A stretch of 54,646 nt of DNA from Octopus sinensis (taxonomy: Eukaryota): contig NW_021833903.1 in assembly GCF_006345805.1 (NCBI RefSeq), positions 1 to 54,646 of the forward strand, written 5' to 3'. The notes under the pieces are model-generated. The model was not told the origin of the DNA. It was given only the letters and a program-made list of their open reading frames with translations, and ran no database searches. Made by a program: the position numbers and the translations under genes. Of the stretch, positions 1 through 10,337 are shown piece by piece (position 1 is the stretch's first letter; every line of letters begins with the position of its first letter).

Positions 1-114
1 AACTTTGTGTGTGTTACGATTATATTATACTTTAGTTTGATTTAATTATTACTTACTACATATAATTCAATTGTTATTATTATTTTTATTGTTAAGTGAA
101 AGCATCTGACATAA

Positions 115-411
115 AATAGAGAAATGTTTTTGTTTCACTTTTAACACGTAATACTGAAATAGTGGAGAAGATATGATATTGCTATGGGCTCGCTCTAGGC
201 AAGAAGTTGAACTTCTTTTGCTCATGAAACTACATGGACCCTAAGTAAGGCATGTGTAAAATTTGAATGAAATTGGTTGTGTAGTTCTCAAGTTTTAGGG
301 AAACACACAGACAGACAGACAGACAGACACACATTCTCAGTTTTATATATATAACAGACAGACATACAGACAGACAGACACACATTCTCAGTTTTATATA
401 TATATAAAGAT
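115..411 (+). mobile_element. Helentron/DINE-1-like non-autonomous element (HINE), 3' part
   Basis: aaaatttgaatgaaattggttgtgtagttctc..., then (CAGA)n and the terminal acacattctcagttttatatatata..agat. This architecture resembles HINE 3' ends. The 5' boundary is uncertain. Confidence 0.5.
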
Positions 412-429
412 ATATATATATATATAGTG

Positions 430-800
430 AATCCAAACAAAGAAGAACAAACAAGAAAAAAACAATAACGCGAGGACGTGGTACAAGTACTGTATTATCA
501 GATGCTCAGGAAAGGAAAGAAAAGGATCTTATGTTTCGAGCAAAGCTATTCTTCAGAAATAGAGGTAAGTACAAAAGAAGGGAAGACAGAGGAAGAAAAT
601 CACCAACGATACACACACGTATATGGGTAGAGGTTGTGACAAAACGTAAACATGAAATACGAAGACAAACTTGGGTATGCAAACAAGAGAAACAAATGGA
701 AAACAAGACAAGTAACATAAAGAACGACCCTTCATCAGTTGTCAGCTGTCCATCTACTCCTCGTTTCGAGCAATTAACGACAATATGAGGCTTCGAAATG
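430..800 (-). mobile_element. Possible Penelope-like non-autonomous fragment with degenerate hammerhead core
   Basis: Minus strand reads ttt-CTGAAGA-a-tagc-ttt-gctc-GAAAC (560-533). A second CTGATGA (738-732) and a second gctcGAAAC (771-763) are also present. Confidence 0.3.
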
Positions 801-1692
801 CAGTTGCTCCCATAAAAGCCAAAATAAAATTTGGTATTTGCGGAGGGTCAAAGAGGACGGTGAAGACATACAACAAACTAAACGAAAACAAACATGGAGG
901 GCCGCTGGGCCAGATGAGGTAAGATAGCGAATGCTGGAGGAATATTATCTTTGACAAGAGAAAAGATAGAACAGGAGGCAGATAAGAATGCGTCTGGTCT
1001 GTAAGACAGACAGAAAGAAAAGAAAGATGATCACGTGAGGTAAAGAAAGATGGACGATGTTCACGTGTGAGCAGCGAGAGAGAGAGAGAGAGAGTAAAGG
1101 AGAAAGAGAGAGGGAGAGAGAGAAAACGGTGAAGGGGAGAAACAAGAATTAGAGAAAGAAAGAGAGAGAAACGAAAGGGGGAGAGAGAGAACAGTACAGG
1201 GTAGAGTCGCATAAAAAATATTAAGATAACCTTACTTCGAAATGGATGCATGGCGTTCAATCATGTAGTAATAATGATAATATATATGTATATATATATA
1301 GTATATATATATAATATAATATATATATGATATATATATAATATATATATATATATATTATATATTATATATATATATATTGTATATATATATATATATA
1401 TATTATATATTTCAACAATTGAGGGCAAAATTAATTAATTATTATCAATTTCACAAGTGTTCAGTATGCAAAGGGACCATTCAAGGCGAATTCAAATTAT
1501 TACATTATATAAAAGGGCTTAGTAACATAAATACTTTGCCGCATACTGAACTCATTAGAAATAGCAGCTAAAAAACTTTTTTAAAGCTATTTCTAATACT
1601 TAATTAACGAAAATCTCTCTCATTATAGTGTTTGCTTAATTCAACTCACAAAAGTTTGGGGTAAGGACATCGAAAAATCAAATGCTAAGGTT

Positions 1693-1750
1693 ATTTGAGA
1701 ACGTACGTTTCAGATTAGTCAAAAACAACACTTTTATCATCAGCTCAGAA
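1693..1750 (-). ncRNA. Putative minimal type-I hammerhead ribozyme (copy 1)
   Basis: Minus strand: ugag-CUGAUGA-u-aaaagu..acuaaucu-GAAA-C-GUAC-GU-U-cuca. CUGAUGA at 1743-1737, GAAAC at 1711-1707. Confidence 0.55.
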
Positions 1751-2232
1751 ATTCTTGGTTTGGATTTGGAAACACTGAATAAGAACATACCCTTTCGAAG
1801 ATCTGCTCGTAACTAACAGTGCCAACAAATTCAAAATAAGCAAGCGAAGAATCTCTGTTCTCCCCTTTCCACCAGCGTGGGTTAAAATCATCAAACACTA
1901 TGCTTATTTCGGTAAAATCCGAAGCATTAATCAGAGGGAGATTAATTATAATTTCAACAATTGAGGGCAAAATTAATTAATTATTAATCAATTTCACCAA
2001 GTGTTCAGTATGCAAAGGGACCATTCAAGGCGAATTCAAATTATTACATTATATAAAAGGGCTTAGTAAAATAAATTACTTTGCCGCATACTGAACTCAT
2101 TAGAATAGCAGCTAAAAAACTTTTTAAAGCTATTTCTAATACTTAACGAAAATCTCTCTCATATATAGTGTTTGCTTAATTCAACTCACAAAAGTTGGGG
2201 GTAAGGACATCGAAAAATCAAATGCTAAGGTT

Positions 2233-2291
2233 ATTTGAGAACGTACGTTTCAAGATTAGTCAAAAACAACACTTCTATCATCAGCTCAGAA
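2233..2291 (-). ncRNA. Putative minimal type-I hammerhead ribozyme (copy 2)
   Basis: Same motif as copy 1. CUGAUGA at 2284-2278, GAAAC at 2251-2247, palindrome ACGUACGU at 2241-2248. Confidence 0.55.
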
Positions 2292-2623
2292 ATTCTTTGG
2301 TTGGATTTGGAAACACTGAAAATAAGAACATACCCTTTCGAAGATCTGCTCGTAACTAACTGCCACAAATTCAAAATAAGCAAGCGAAGAATCTCTGTTC
2401 TCCCCTTTCCACCACGTGGGTTAAAATCATCAAACACTATGCTTATTTCGGTAAAATCCGAAGCATTAATCAAGGGAGTTTGATGATTTTAACCCACGCT
2501 GGTGAAAGGGAGAACAGAGATTCTTCGCTTGCTTATTTTGAATTTGTTGGCACTGTTAGTTACGAGCAGATCTTCGAAAGGGTATGTTCCTTATTTTAGT
2601 GTTTCCAAATCCAAACCAAAGAA

Positions 2624-2684
2624 TTTCTGAGCTGATGATAGAAGTGTTGTTTTTGACTAATCTTGAAACGTACGTTCTCAAATA
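2624..2684 (+). ncRNA. Putative minimal type-I hammerhead ribozyme (inverted copy)
   Basis: TGAG(2628-2631)-CTGATGA(2632-2638)-stem II-GAAA(2665-2668)-CGTACGT-T(2676)-CTCA(2677-2680). Stem I UGAG/CUCA is 4 bp; stem III is the palindrome ACGUACGU. Confidence 0.55.
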
Positions 2685-3000
2685 ACCTTAGCATTTGATT
2701 TTTCGATTGTCCTTACCCCCAAACTTTTGTGGAGTTGAATTAAGCAAACACTATATATGAGAGAGATTTTCGTTAAGTATTAGAAAAGTTTTAAAAAGTT
2801 TTTTAGCTGCTATTTCTAATGAGTTCAGTATGCGGCAAAGTAATTTATTTTACTAAGCCCTTTATATAATATATATATATATTATATATATATATGCATA
2901 TATACACACACACCACACACCATACGCATATAATATATATGTATATTATATATTATAATATATTATATATATATATATAATATATATATAATATATATAT

Positions 3001-3044
<44 letters not shown>

Positions 3045-3163
3045 TTGACGTTTCAAAGCATATAAAACAATAACTTCTAGAAAATATCGAAGGCAGCCTT
3101 CAGCTTTATCTCAAAATGTTTTTTTAAAGCTAACATTTACATCTCTTATTTATAACCACACAC

Positions 3164-3202
<39 letters not shown>

Positions 3203-3699
3203 ACACAACACACACCCACACACACAACACACACACACACCACACATATATATATATATATATATATAATAGATATATATAATATATATATATAATGTAT
3301 ATATATATGTATATATATATGTATATATATATGCATATACTTACCATACATATTTATAGATATATGTATGTAATATGTATGTGTGCGTGTGTTATGAGCA
3401 TATTTCAATATAATGTTTATATGCAGCTAAGAAATGCCGACTTTTTTTAATGCGAGATAAGAAGTCACCGTCTTTTATCAATTCCTAATCTTCATTTAAG
3501 AAACCCAAGCGCACCCCCCCTTCTCTGACATCTTCGTAGATTACGTTTTGAAGTGAAGAATGAATAATGGATGACTGGATGGCATTGCTATGACTTAGCA
3601 TATCTTTATTCCCTCGATGAATGATGATTATGACGACGATGGCGATGATAGTGGTGATGATCAAGATGATGACGATAATGCGAGCGGCGATAATGCTTT

Positions 3700-4510
3700 A
3701 TCATTGTCCTTGGCCTGCCAGTGCTACCGTGGGTGGGGGGCGCTACTGGTTCGAGATAAAGCCTACGGGCACGGGTGCGCTGTCTGATGGGTTAGTCCGA
3801 GGTGCGTGACGAGTAACGAAACCGATCTGCGCACACTCCTTCAGTGTCCGGGCATAGTGGACTCGTGGGGTTATGTCGAACAGCTGCTGTCACATGTGAG
3901 ACCGAATCCGTCGATCGATCGAGTCCATAGTGATGGTTGCCCCCGCTGCCCTCCTTTAATAGGGTAAGCAAAGCAGTTTTCCTTTGCCTGGTGGCAGTAG
4001 CGAAAAATGTTGTCTGGTGGACGATGCTGGAAGACACGAAAACAGGTATTCCCCTCCTTGGTCGAACTCTCATTGACTTCTTCAAGTTTCACTTGAAAAA
4101 GGAAATTGAGAGTGGAGAGGGAAGTACTGCCCTCGAGTGAGTTTATTGGAAGGTGGTGAAAGTTGTGGAAATGGCAAGAGTGGATCTGTGAGTCGGAGAG
4201 AAGGAATTGGAGAGGGCATTTGCCCTTGGTATTCAGGAAGATCTTGGACGGTGGGCTTCCTCGAATATCCCTAGAGGTCATCCTGTATTACAAGGACTAC
4301 ATCACTATCATCCCCCTCCTTTGTATATTTCCCTTCCTTTTCATTGTTTATTGTCTATACATTCACTTTCTTTTTTGCTATTTATTCATTTATTTTATCA
4401 TTTCATTATTAGTAGACCCAACACTTTGTGCCTGTCTTTGTATTGTCCCCCTCATCATTCGAACCCGATGACAAAAACAAATGAAATCATTACTATTGTT
4501 CTTCTTATTA
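3700..4510 (+). mobile_element. Tx1/L1-clade LINE 3' fragment (degenerate ORF2 C-terminus plus T-rich 3' UTR)
   Basis: Translation PRCVTSNETDLRTLLQCPGIVDSWGYVEQLL resembles a decayed C-terminal CCHC knuckle. It is followed by KAVFLCLVAVAKNVVWW...FFKFHLK; stops and frameshifts are present. Confidence 0.65.
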
Positions 4511-4632
4511 TTATTTCTCTTTATCACAAGTTTTGTTGGAGCTCCGGGAGTCTTGCGTGCGCAGCAGGCTTGCCACCTGCAGCCCACGGTACCATGTTAT
4601 CCGTTCTTTTCAACTATCTAATACTATCCTGG

Positions 4633-4648
4633 TTATTATTATTATTAT

Positions 4649-4680
<32 letters not shown>

Positions 4681-4694
4681 CTACTACTACTACT

Positions 4695-4735
<41 letters not shown>
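4633..4735. repeat. Compound microsatellite (TTA)n-(TAG)n-(CTA)n
   Basis: Read directly from the sequence. The (TAG)n and (CTA)n halves are mutually reverse-complementary. Confidence 0.95.
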
Positions 4736-4945
4736 GGCGGCATGCTGACAGAATCGTTAGCACGCTGGAGAAAATACGTAACGGTATTTTGTCCGTCGTT
4801 ACGTTCTGAGTTCAAATTCCAACTTTGCTTTCATCCTTTAGGGAGTCGATAAAATAAGTACCAGTTGAACACTGGGGTCGATGTAATCGACTCATCCCCT
4901 CCCCCAAAATTGTTGCCCTTGTGGCCAAATTTGAAACTATTATTA
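4736..4945 (+). mobile_element. tRNA-derived SINE (octopus OK/OR-like, short family)
   Basis: ggcggcatgctgacagaatcgttagc head, B-box-like gagttcaaattcc, core tttgctttcatcctttagggagtcgataaaataagtaccagt, (TAT)n tail. Confidence 0.85.
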
Positions 4946-4950
4946 TTATT

Positions 4951-4989
<39 letters not shown>

Positions 4990-5039
4990 ATTTTGATGAA
5001 AACTCTCAGCTTATTTTGCAGGGTATGATGGAAAGTGTC

Positions 5040-5330
5040 AGCTGCAGACTAAAATGGCACTTGTTTACTGATCACGCTTCAAAAACTCTGCCCAGAACTC
5101 TTGTAGTTTCAAGCAAAGATGTGTAGAGCATTGTGAGTTGGTTTGGTGTCTGATTTTTCCAGGTATCGTCATCGATTATATATTGAACCTGTTAGAAGAT
5201 CGATTACGGTGTTCTTCGAATGTCCGAACTTCTGGAATGTATATTTCTCTTCAGTACATTTGAAATATTCCTTTCCAGAGGCTTCCAATTCCAGGTGCAG
5301 CAAACATTGCAACATTTAAAAAGTTAGGAA
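5040..5330 (-). pseudogene. Highly degenerate RLE-type retrotransposon C-terminus (tentative)
   Basis: Minus frames give RYLEKSDTK and SLLETTRVLGRVFEA*, resembling the LQK..LLGTARILRKVL terminus of RLE ORFs. Confidence 0.3.
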
Positions 5331-5364
5331 TTTCTAAATCGCTCTGTTCCGCCTATATACTCTT

Positions 5365-5598
5365 TTATTATTTTACTTGTTTCAGTCATTTGACTGTGGC
5401 CATGCTGGAGGACCGCATTTTAGTCGAGCAAATCGACCCCAGGACTTATTTTTTGTAAGCCAAGTACTTATTCTATCGATCTCTTTTGCCGAACCGCTAA
5501 GTTACGCAGATGTAAACACACCAGCATCGCTTGTCAAACGATTGGTGGGGGGGGACATAGACACACAAACATATACACACACACACACACATATATAC

Positions 5599-5629
<31 letters not shown>

Positions 5630-5692
5630 CGACGGGCTTCTTTCAGTTTCCGTCTACCAAATCCACTCACAATGTCTGCATGTCTTTTCTTT
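5365..5692 (-). mobile_element. SINE (long family with internal CA/TA microsatellite), 5'-truncated
   Basis: tttacttgtttcagtcatttgactgtggccatgctgg...gacgggcttctttcagtttccgtctaccaaatccactcacaa; matches the copy at 53771-54173. Confidence 0.9.
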
Positions 5693-6019
5693 CTTTTTTC
5701 TTTCTTTTCTTTTTATCTGTTATTGAATATCTCAAAGAAATAAGAACGTTTTAATTAGTTTGAAGAGCATAATTTATTGATAATTAAGTATCCTTAAATC
5801 CCAAACCTACCTTATATTTATTGATATGTTCCTTTTTCGTTCCACTGCTTATCATGTTAGTCGCGAAGGGTAACCAAGTCATTGACACATGACAAAATCT
5901 CGGTGAATGAAGCGAGGGAGAGAGAACGATATCCTGAATCCAGGGATCTGGCCCCAATGCGAAGCCAGAACGCAAAGAGACGGTGCAAGTATTGTGACGC
6001 ATCCGGTCCGATATTATAA

Positions 6020-6155
6020 TTCTACCGAAATCGACTTTGCCTTTCATCCTTTCGGAGTCGATAAATTAAGTACCAGTTGTGTACTGGGATCGATCTAACC
6101 GACTGACCCCGCCCCCAAAATTTCGGGTCTTGTGCCTAGAGTAGAAACGATTATT
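6020..6155 (+). mobile_element. SINE 3' half (short family)
   Basis: tcgactttgcctttcatcctttcggagtcgataaattaagtaccagt core. Confidence 0.8.
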
Positions 6156-6561
6156 ACAACTCTACCAATACTACACCCTACATTAGTACAGTCTTTATAT
6201 CGATTCTGAAGGGACAAGGTCGAAAAGAAGTTGGTTTGATTGCGATTGGAAATCGGAAGGAAAAGATACGAAACAGAATACCGAAGAAAATCTCGTCTAA
6301 GGATCCAACGACACGACCAGTTCACCGCTTACATTAACTAAACGCCATTTTTCGTAATATTTTTGTGTATTTGTAGCTTTATTCTTCGATGTTTCGGCCC
6401 CTTAGAACCAGCAAAAAAGAAAAAAAAAACAATCATGATTCTCTTTAGTTGATTAATTTAAATGGCGAGTTCACAGTGCGATGCAGAGAGACTCTTCGGA
6501 TGCCTCGTTTAGTGTTTTGATAGTCTATCAGTTTTGTTTTTTCTCTTGTAATTAATGCAGT

Positions 6562-6602
6562 CTATGTAATGTATGTGCAGTACCGAGAATTGTGACTCAT
6601 AT

Positions 6603-6660
<58 letters not shown>

Positions 6661-6693
6661 TCACAATTCTCGGTACTGCACATACATTACATA

Positions 6694-6694
<1 letters not shown>
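6562..6694. repeat. Perfect 39-bp inverted repeat around a (TA)n spacer
   Basis: 6562-6600 ctatgtaatgtatgtgcagtaccgagaattgtgactcat equals the reverse complement of 6656-6694. Confidence 0.97.
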
Positions 6695-6773
<79 letters not shown>

Positions 6774-6844
6774 TATACATTATACATATATATATAAAAA
6801 GATGCATATATATGTATATGTATATGTAGATACATATACTTATA

Positions 6845-6890
<46 letters not shown>

Positions 6891-7317
6891 CATATATATA
6901 TATAATATACATATATGCATCTTTATGTGTGTGTGTGTGTACATGTATGTGTACGTCCTCCAAATTCATATTTTAGCACCGTCATGTTATGGCGGAATGC
7001 TGTTTCACTTCATTTTATGCTTCTTTTATCTCAAAGTAAATAATGACTGCAAAATTCATATTTTTTCTTCTTCTTTTTCTTCTTCTTGTATGCAAGGTAT
7101 ACCTGGGTGTGAACTGTATTGCAACGGTAAAAATGTATCTGGTTACATTCCTTCAAGAAAACCTATGCAGAAATATATGTCTACATATTTTAGCAGCATC
7201 CATCAATAACAGGCAACCAGATCACAGTCGCGTTCGTACGCTTTAGTGCTGGGAACCTGTGTTGTCTATGCAAAGGCAGATCTACGTACATACATACATA
7301 TATATATGCATATATAT

Positions 7318-7380
<63 letters not shown>

Positions 7381-7394
7381 ATATACATATATAC

Positions 7395-7488
<94 letters not shown>

Positions 7489-7942
7489 GATACATATGTG
7501 CATCTTGTTTGCGTCTGCATGTGTGTGTGCATCTACATATATATATATATATAATATATATATACATATACACATATACATGAGTTTTTATGTAAATTCA
7601 TGTATAAAAACAATTTTACACGAATCTGTAAGATGTAAGAATGCTCAGAATTTTTAGTAGAGTATATTTTTATTAACTTTTTTACAAAAGTTACTAGGAC
7701 GTAACCAAACAATTAGCGGTTACTCAGCGCTGAGGTGAGGACGAACACAACAAGAAAGACACGCACACACATACACATACACGCGTACACACGCACACAC
7801 ACATGCATGCGCAATACATAAATATATAAATATTCATACATTTATACCTTTTGATTATGTAATAAGTGTGAACATTTTCTATGGAAATATATCTTTGTGG
7901 TAGAAATGTTGGCACCCACAGCCATAGGCACATAGATACCCC

Positions 7943-7987
<45 letters not shown>

Positions 7988-8635
7988 CATATTTATGTAA
8001 GTATGTATGTATGTATTTGTGCGTACATTTTGCTAGTTCGTCATGTTTAGTTAAATAGAATCCAGTTATTAAATAATCTGCTAACCAATTCCATGATCGA
8101 TCTGTGTCTTTACTTTTACATAAAAGGAAGTTCGTTAACAGCTCCAATATTAATTTCACAAAACAATACATATAAACGCCAATCTATGAAACTCTCAAAG
8201 CTTGAGAGAGCGGGCGCTGACTTTTCTTTTGCACTCCTCCATTTTTAAGAAAGTCTTGTCTGTATTTGAGATTATTTCTCTGTCTGTTCCACTTTGCGTC
8301 CATATTATAATAAAAAAAAGTTGCTTATGAATTAGCAATGAGTATCTAACTTTTGCAAAAACAAAATAAATATTTATGTCTACAGTGTCTAGAAAAGTCC
8401 TATAAATTGCAATATGTTTGTCAAAATGTGGTTTTCCTGGTGGTTTTATTCTTGAAGATCTCAACTACAAGCTTAAGTCAGAAAACTCATTTTTATTCAC
8501 TGCGAAAGGAGCAATTCTTAATGTCATACATTTGTATCCTTTTCCTTCCATTATTTCTTGTAGCTGTCTCTCATTCCTTGTATCAACTGTGTTTATTGCC
8601 CAAATAGTCTTTCTATTTTTCTCTCCTTATAACTT

Positions 8636-8671
<36 letters not shown>

Positions 8672-8774
8672 CTCTCTCCTTCTTGTCCACAGCGTTGCTT
8701 TTCTTTTCGATTTCGCCTTTATCCTTCCGACTCAATGAAATCAGTTGAGCACTGGGGTCTATAGAATCGACTTG

Positions 8775-9455
8775 TGCCGCGCCAGCCACTTTGTGAAAAC
8801 TCAATGGAAGTCCTCCGCAGTGCAGGTCTCCAGGGCCCTTGTCACAGTTTTTTTCACCTTCCCCTGCAGCTTGGAGAAGAGATAAAAGTCAGCAGGGTGG
8901 ACTTGTGGACTGATGCAGTGTCCTGGTGCAAGTGCTCAGGGCTTTTGCGACGAAATCTCTTCCTGAATTACCTCAAAACCTCCGCAAAGCACTCCTTGTT
9001 TACCGTCTGACCAGAGAAAACCTAGTGGATAGAGACGATGTCCTTGATGTCGAAAGAAAAAACGGATCATCATGAGCTTCCTAGTGGACTTGTTTTAGCT
9101 GGCTTCTCGTGTCAGCGGAAAACAGATACTCGGCTCATACAAGTTCATCTATGAGCAGTCCGGAGCCTTCCAGAAGTTTCTGTAGCGCTTATACCCAGTT
9201 CAACACAGGAGTGTATAGCATAGCCAGCTTCGAACGTCCCGACTGCATTCTACAAACTAATCATCCGTGAGAAGCCGTGCTCGGTAGGACATCTTCAAAG
9301 TGTTATTACAAACGTCTCCCTCTATCTGGGATAACAAAAATTGGCGGGTCAGCTTATTAGACGTATAATAAGGATATACTAAAATTTCGAAAATCAAACG
9401 CATATATAACTGCTTCTCCTAAAAAAGTTGCAAGACGTCGGCAATACAGCCCGTA
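8775..9455 (-). mobile_element. Degenerate, internally deleted mariner transposon
   Basis: Minus translation includes YAIHSCVELGISATET...CMSRVSVFR (HTH region), FDIKDIVSIH*VFSGQTVNKECFAEVLR*FRKRFRRKSPEHLHQD and C-terminal VTRALETCTAEDFH*VFTKW. TIR-like cgggctgtattg with TA at 9454-9455. Confidence 0.85.
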
Positions 9456-9662
<207 letters not shown>

Positions 9663-9940
9663 ATATATATATATATATATATCGGAAATCTGCAATCGCT
9701 TCATAACTACCGTCTCAGCTATAACCTTGGAGCCCTAGTAATACGTTACAGCACTTACCTAGCGTACCTAACCGTTTAGATCACCGTGAACTAAACCCAC
9801 ATTTTTTGTGTGTATATATATGTATGTATGTATGTATATACACAAATATATGTATGTATATATATATATATATATATGCATGCATATCTATGTGTATGTA
9901 TATATATATATGTGTATATATATATATACATAGATATGTA

Positions 9941-9972
<32 letters not shown>

Positions 9973-10183
9973 GCAATACTTTCGTTTCTTCCATTATGAA
10001 AATTAAAGTACATTTTTGCCAGATAAATATACAAACGTGTAAAGTTAATAAACATCCTGCTAGACACCTGGAATACACCTCCATAACATCATTATATCAT
10101 TACGCTAATGGCCAAATGACATCAAGCTTGGCAATCCACTATATATATACAAGCATATACACATACATGTATACATACATATA

Positions 10184-10185
<2 letters not shown>

Positions 10186-10266
<81 letters not shown>

Positions 10267-10275
10267 TATTATTAT
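10186..10275. repeat. (TTA)n microsatellite
   Basis: Read directly from the sequence. Confidence 0.95.
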
Positions 10276-10301
10276 TACTATTATATACTAACTATATATA
10301 T

Positions 10302-10337
<36 letters not shown>

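Larger units (their letters stand above)
1409..2868. repeat. ~540-bp unit: two direct tandem copies (1409-1940, 1951-2478) plus an inverted partial copy (2479-2868), flanked by (TA)n tracts
   Basis: ttcaacaattgagggc starts at 1411 and 1953. 2479 onward (tttgatgattttaacccacgctggtg...) is the reverse complement of the unit interior. Copies differ mainly by 1-3 nt indels. Confidence 0.95.

Noticed and set aside
728-775. Possible type-II hammerhead (GAAAC...GUA...CUGAUGA order on the minus strand)
   Set aside because: The segment that should form stem I (GAUGGACAGCUGACAA) does not pair.
4207-4809. 200-aa plus-strand ORF
   Set aside because: Runs through a LINE 3' UTR, a compound microsatellite and a SINE head; a composite chance ORF.
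7060-7135. Polypyrimidine tract plus AG at ~7097 and GT at ~7127, suggesting a micro-exon ([10 protein letters not shown])
   Set aside because: Splice-like signals are common by chance in CT-rich DNA; no partner exons or homology.
6592-7657. Long YI/IY-repeat ORFs (e.g. 6592-7209, 205 aa) and similar CV, LSIY, poly-I/N/L/E ORFs throughout the window
   Set aside because: Stop-free read-throughs of microsatellites with no protein-like complexity.
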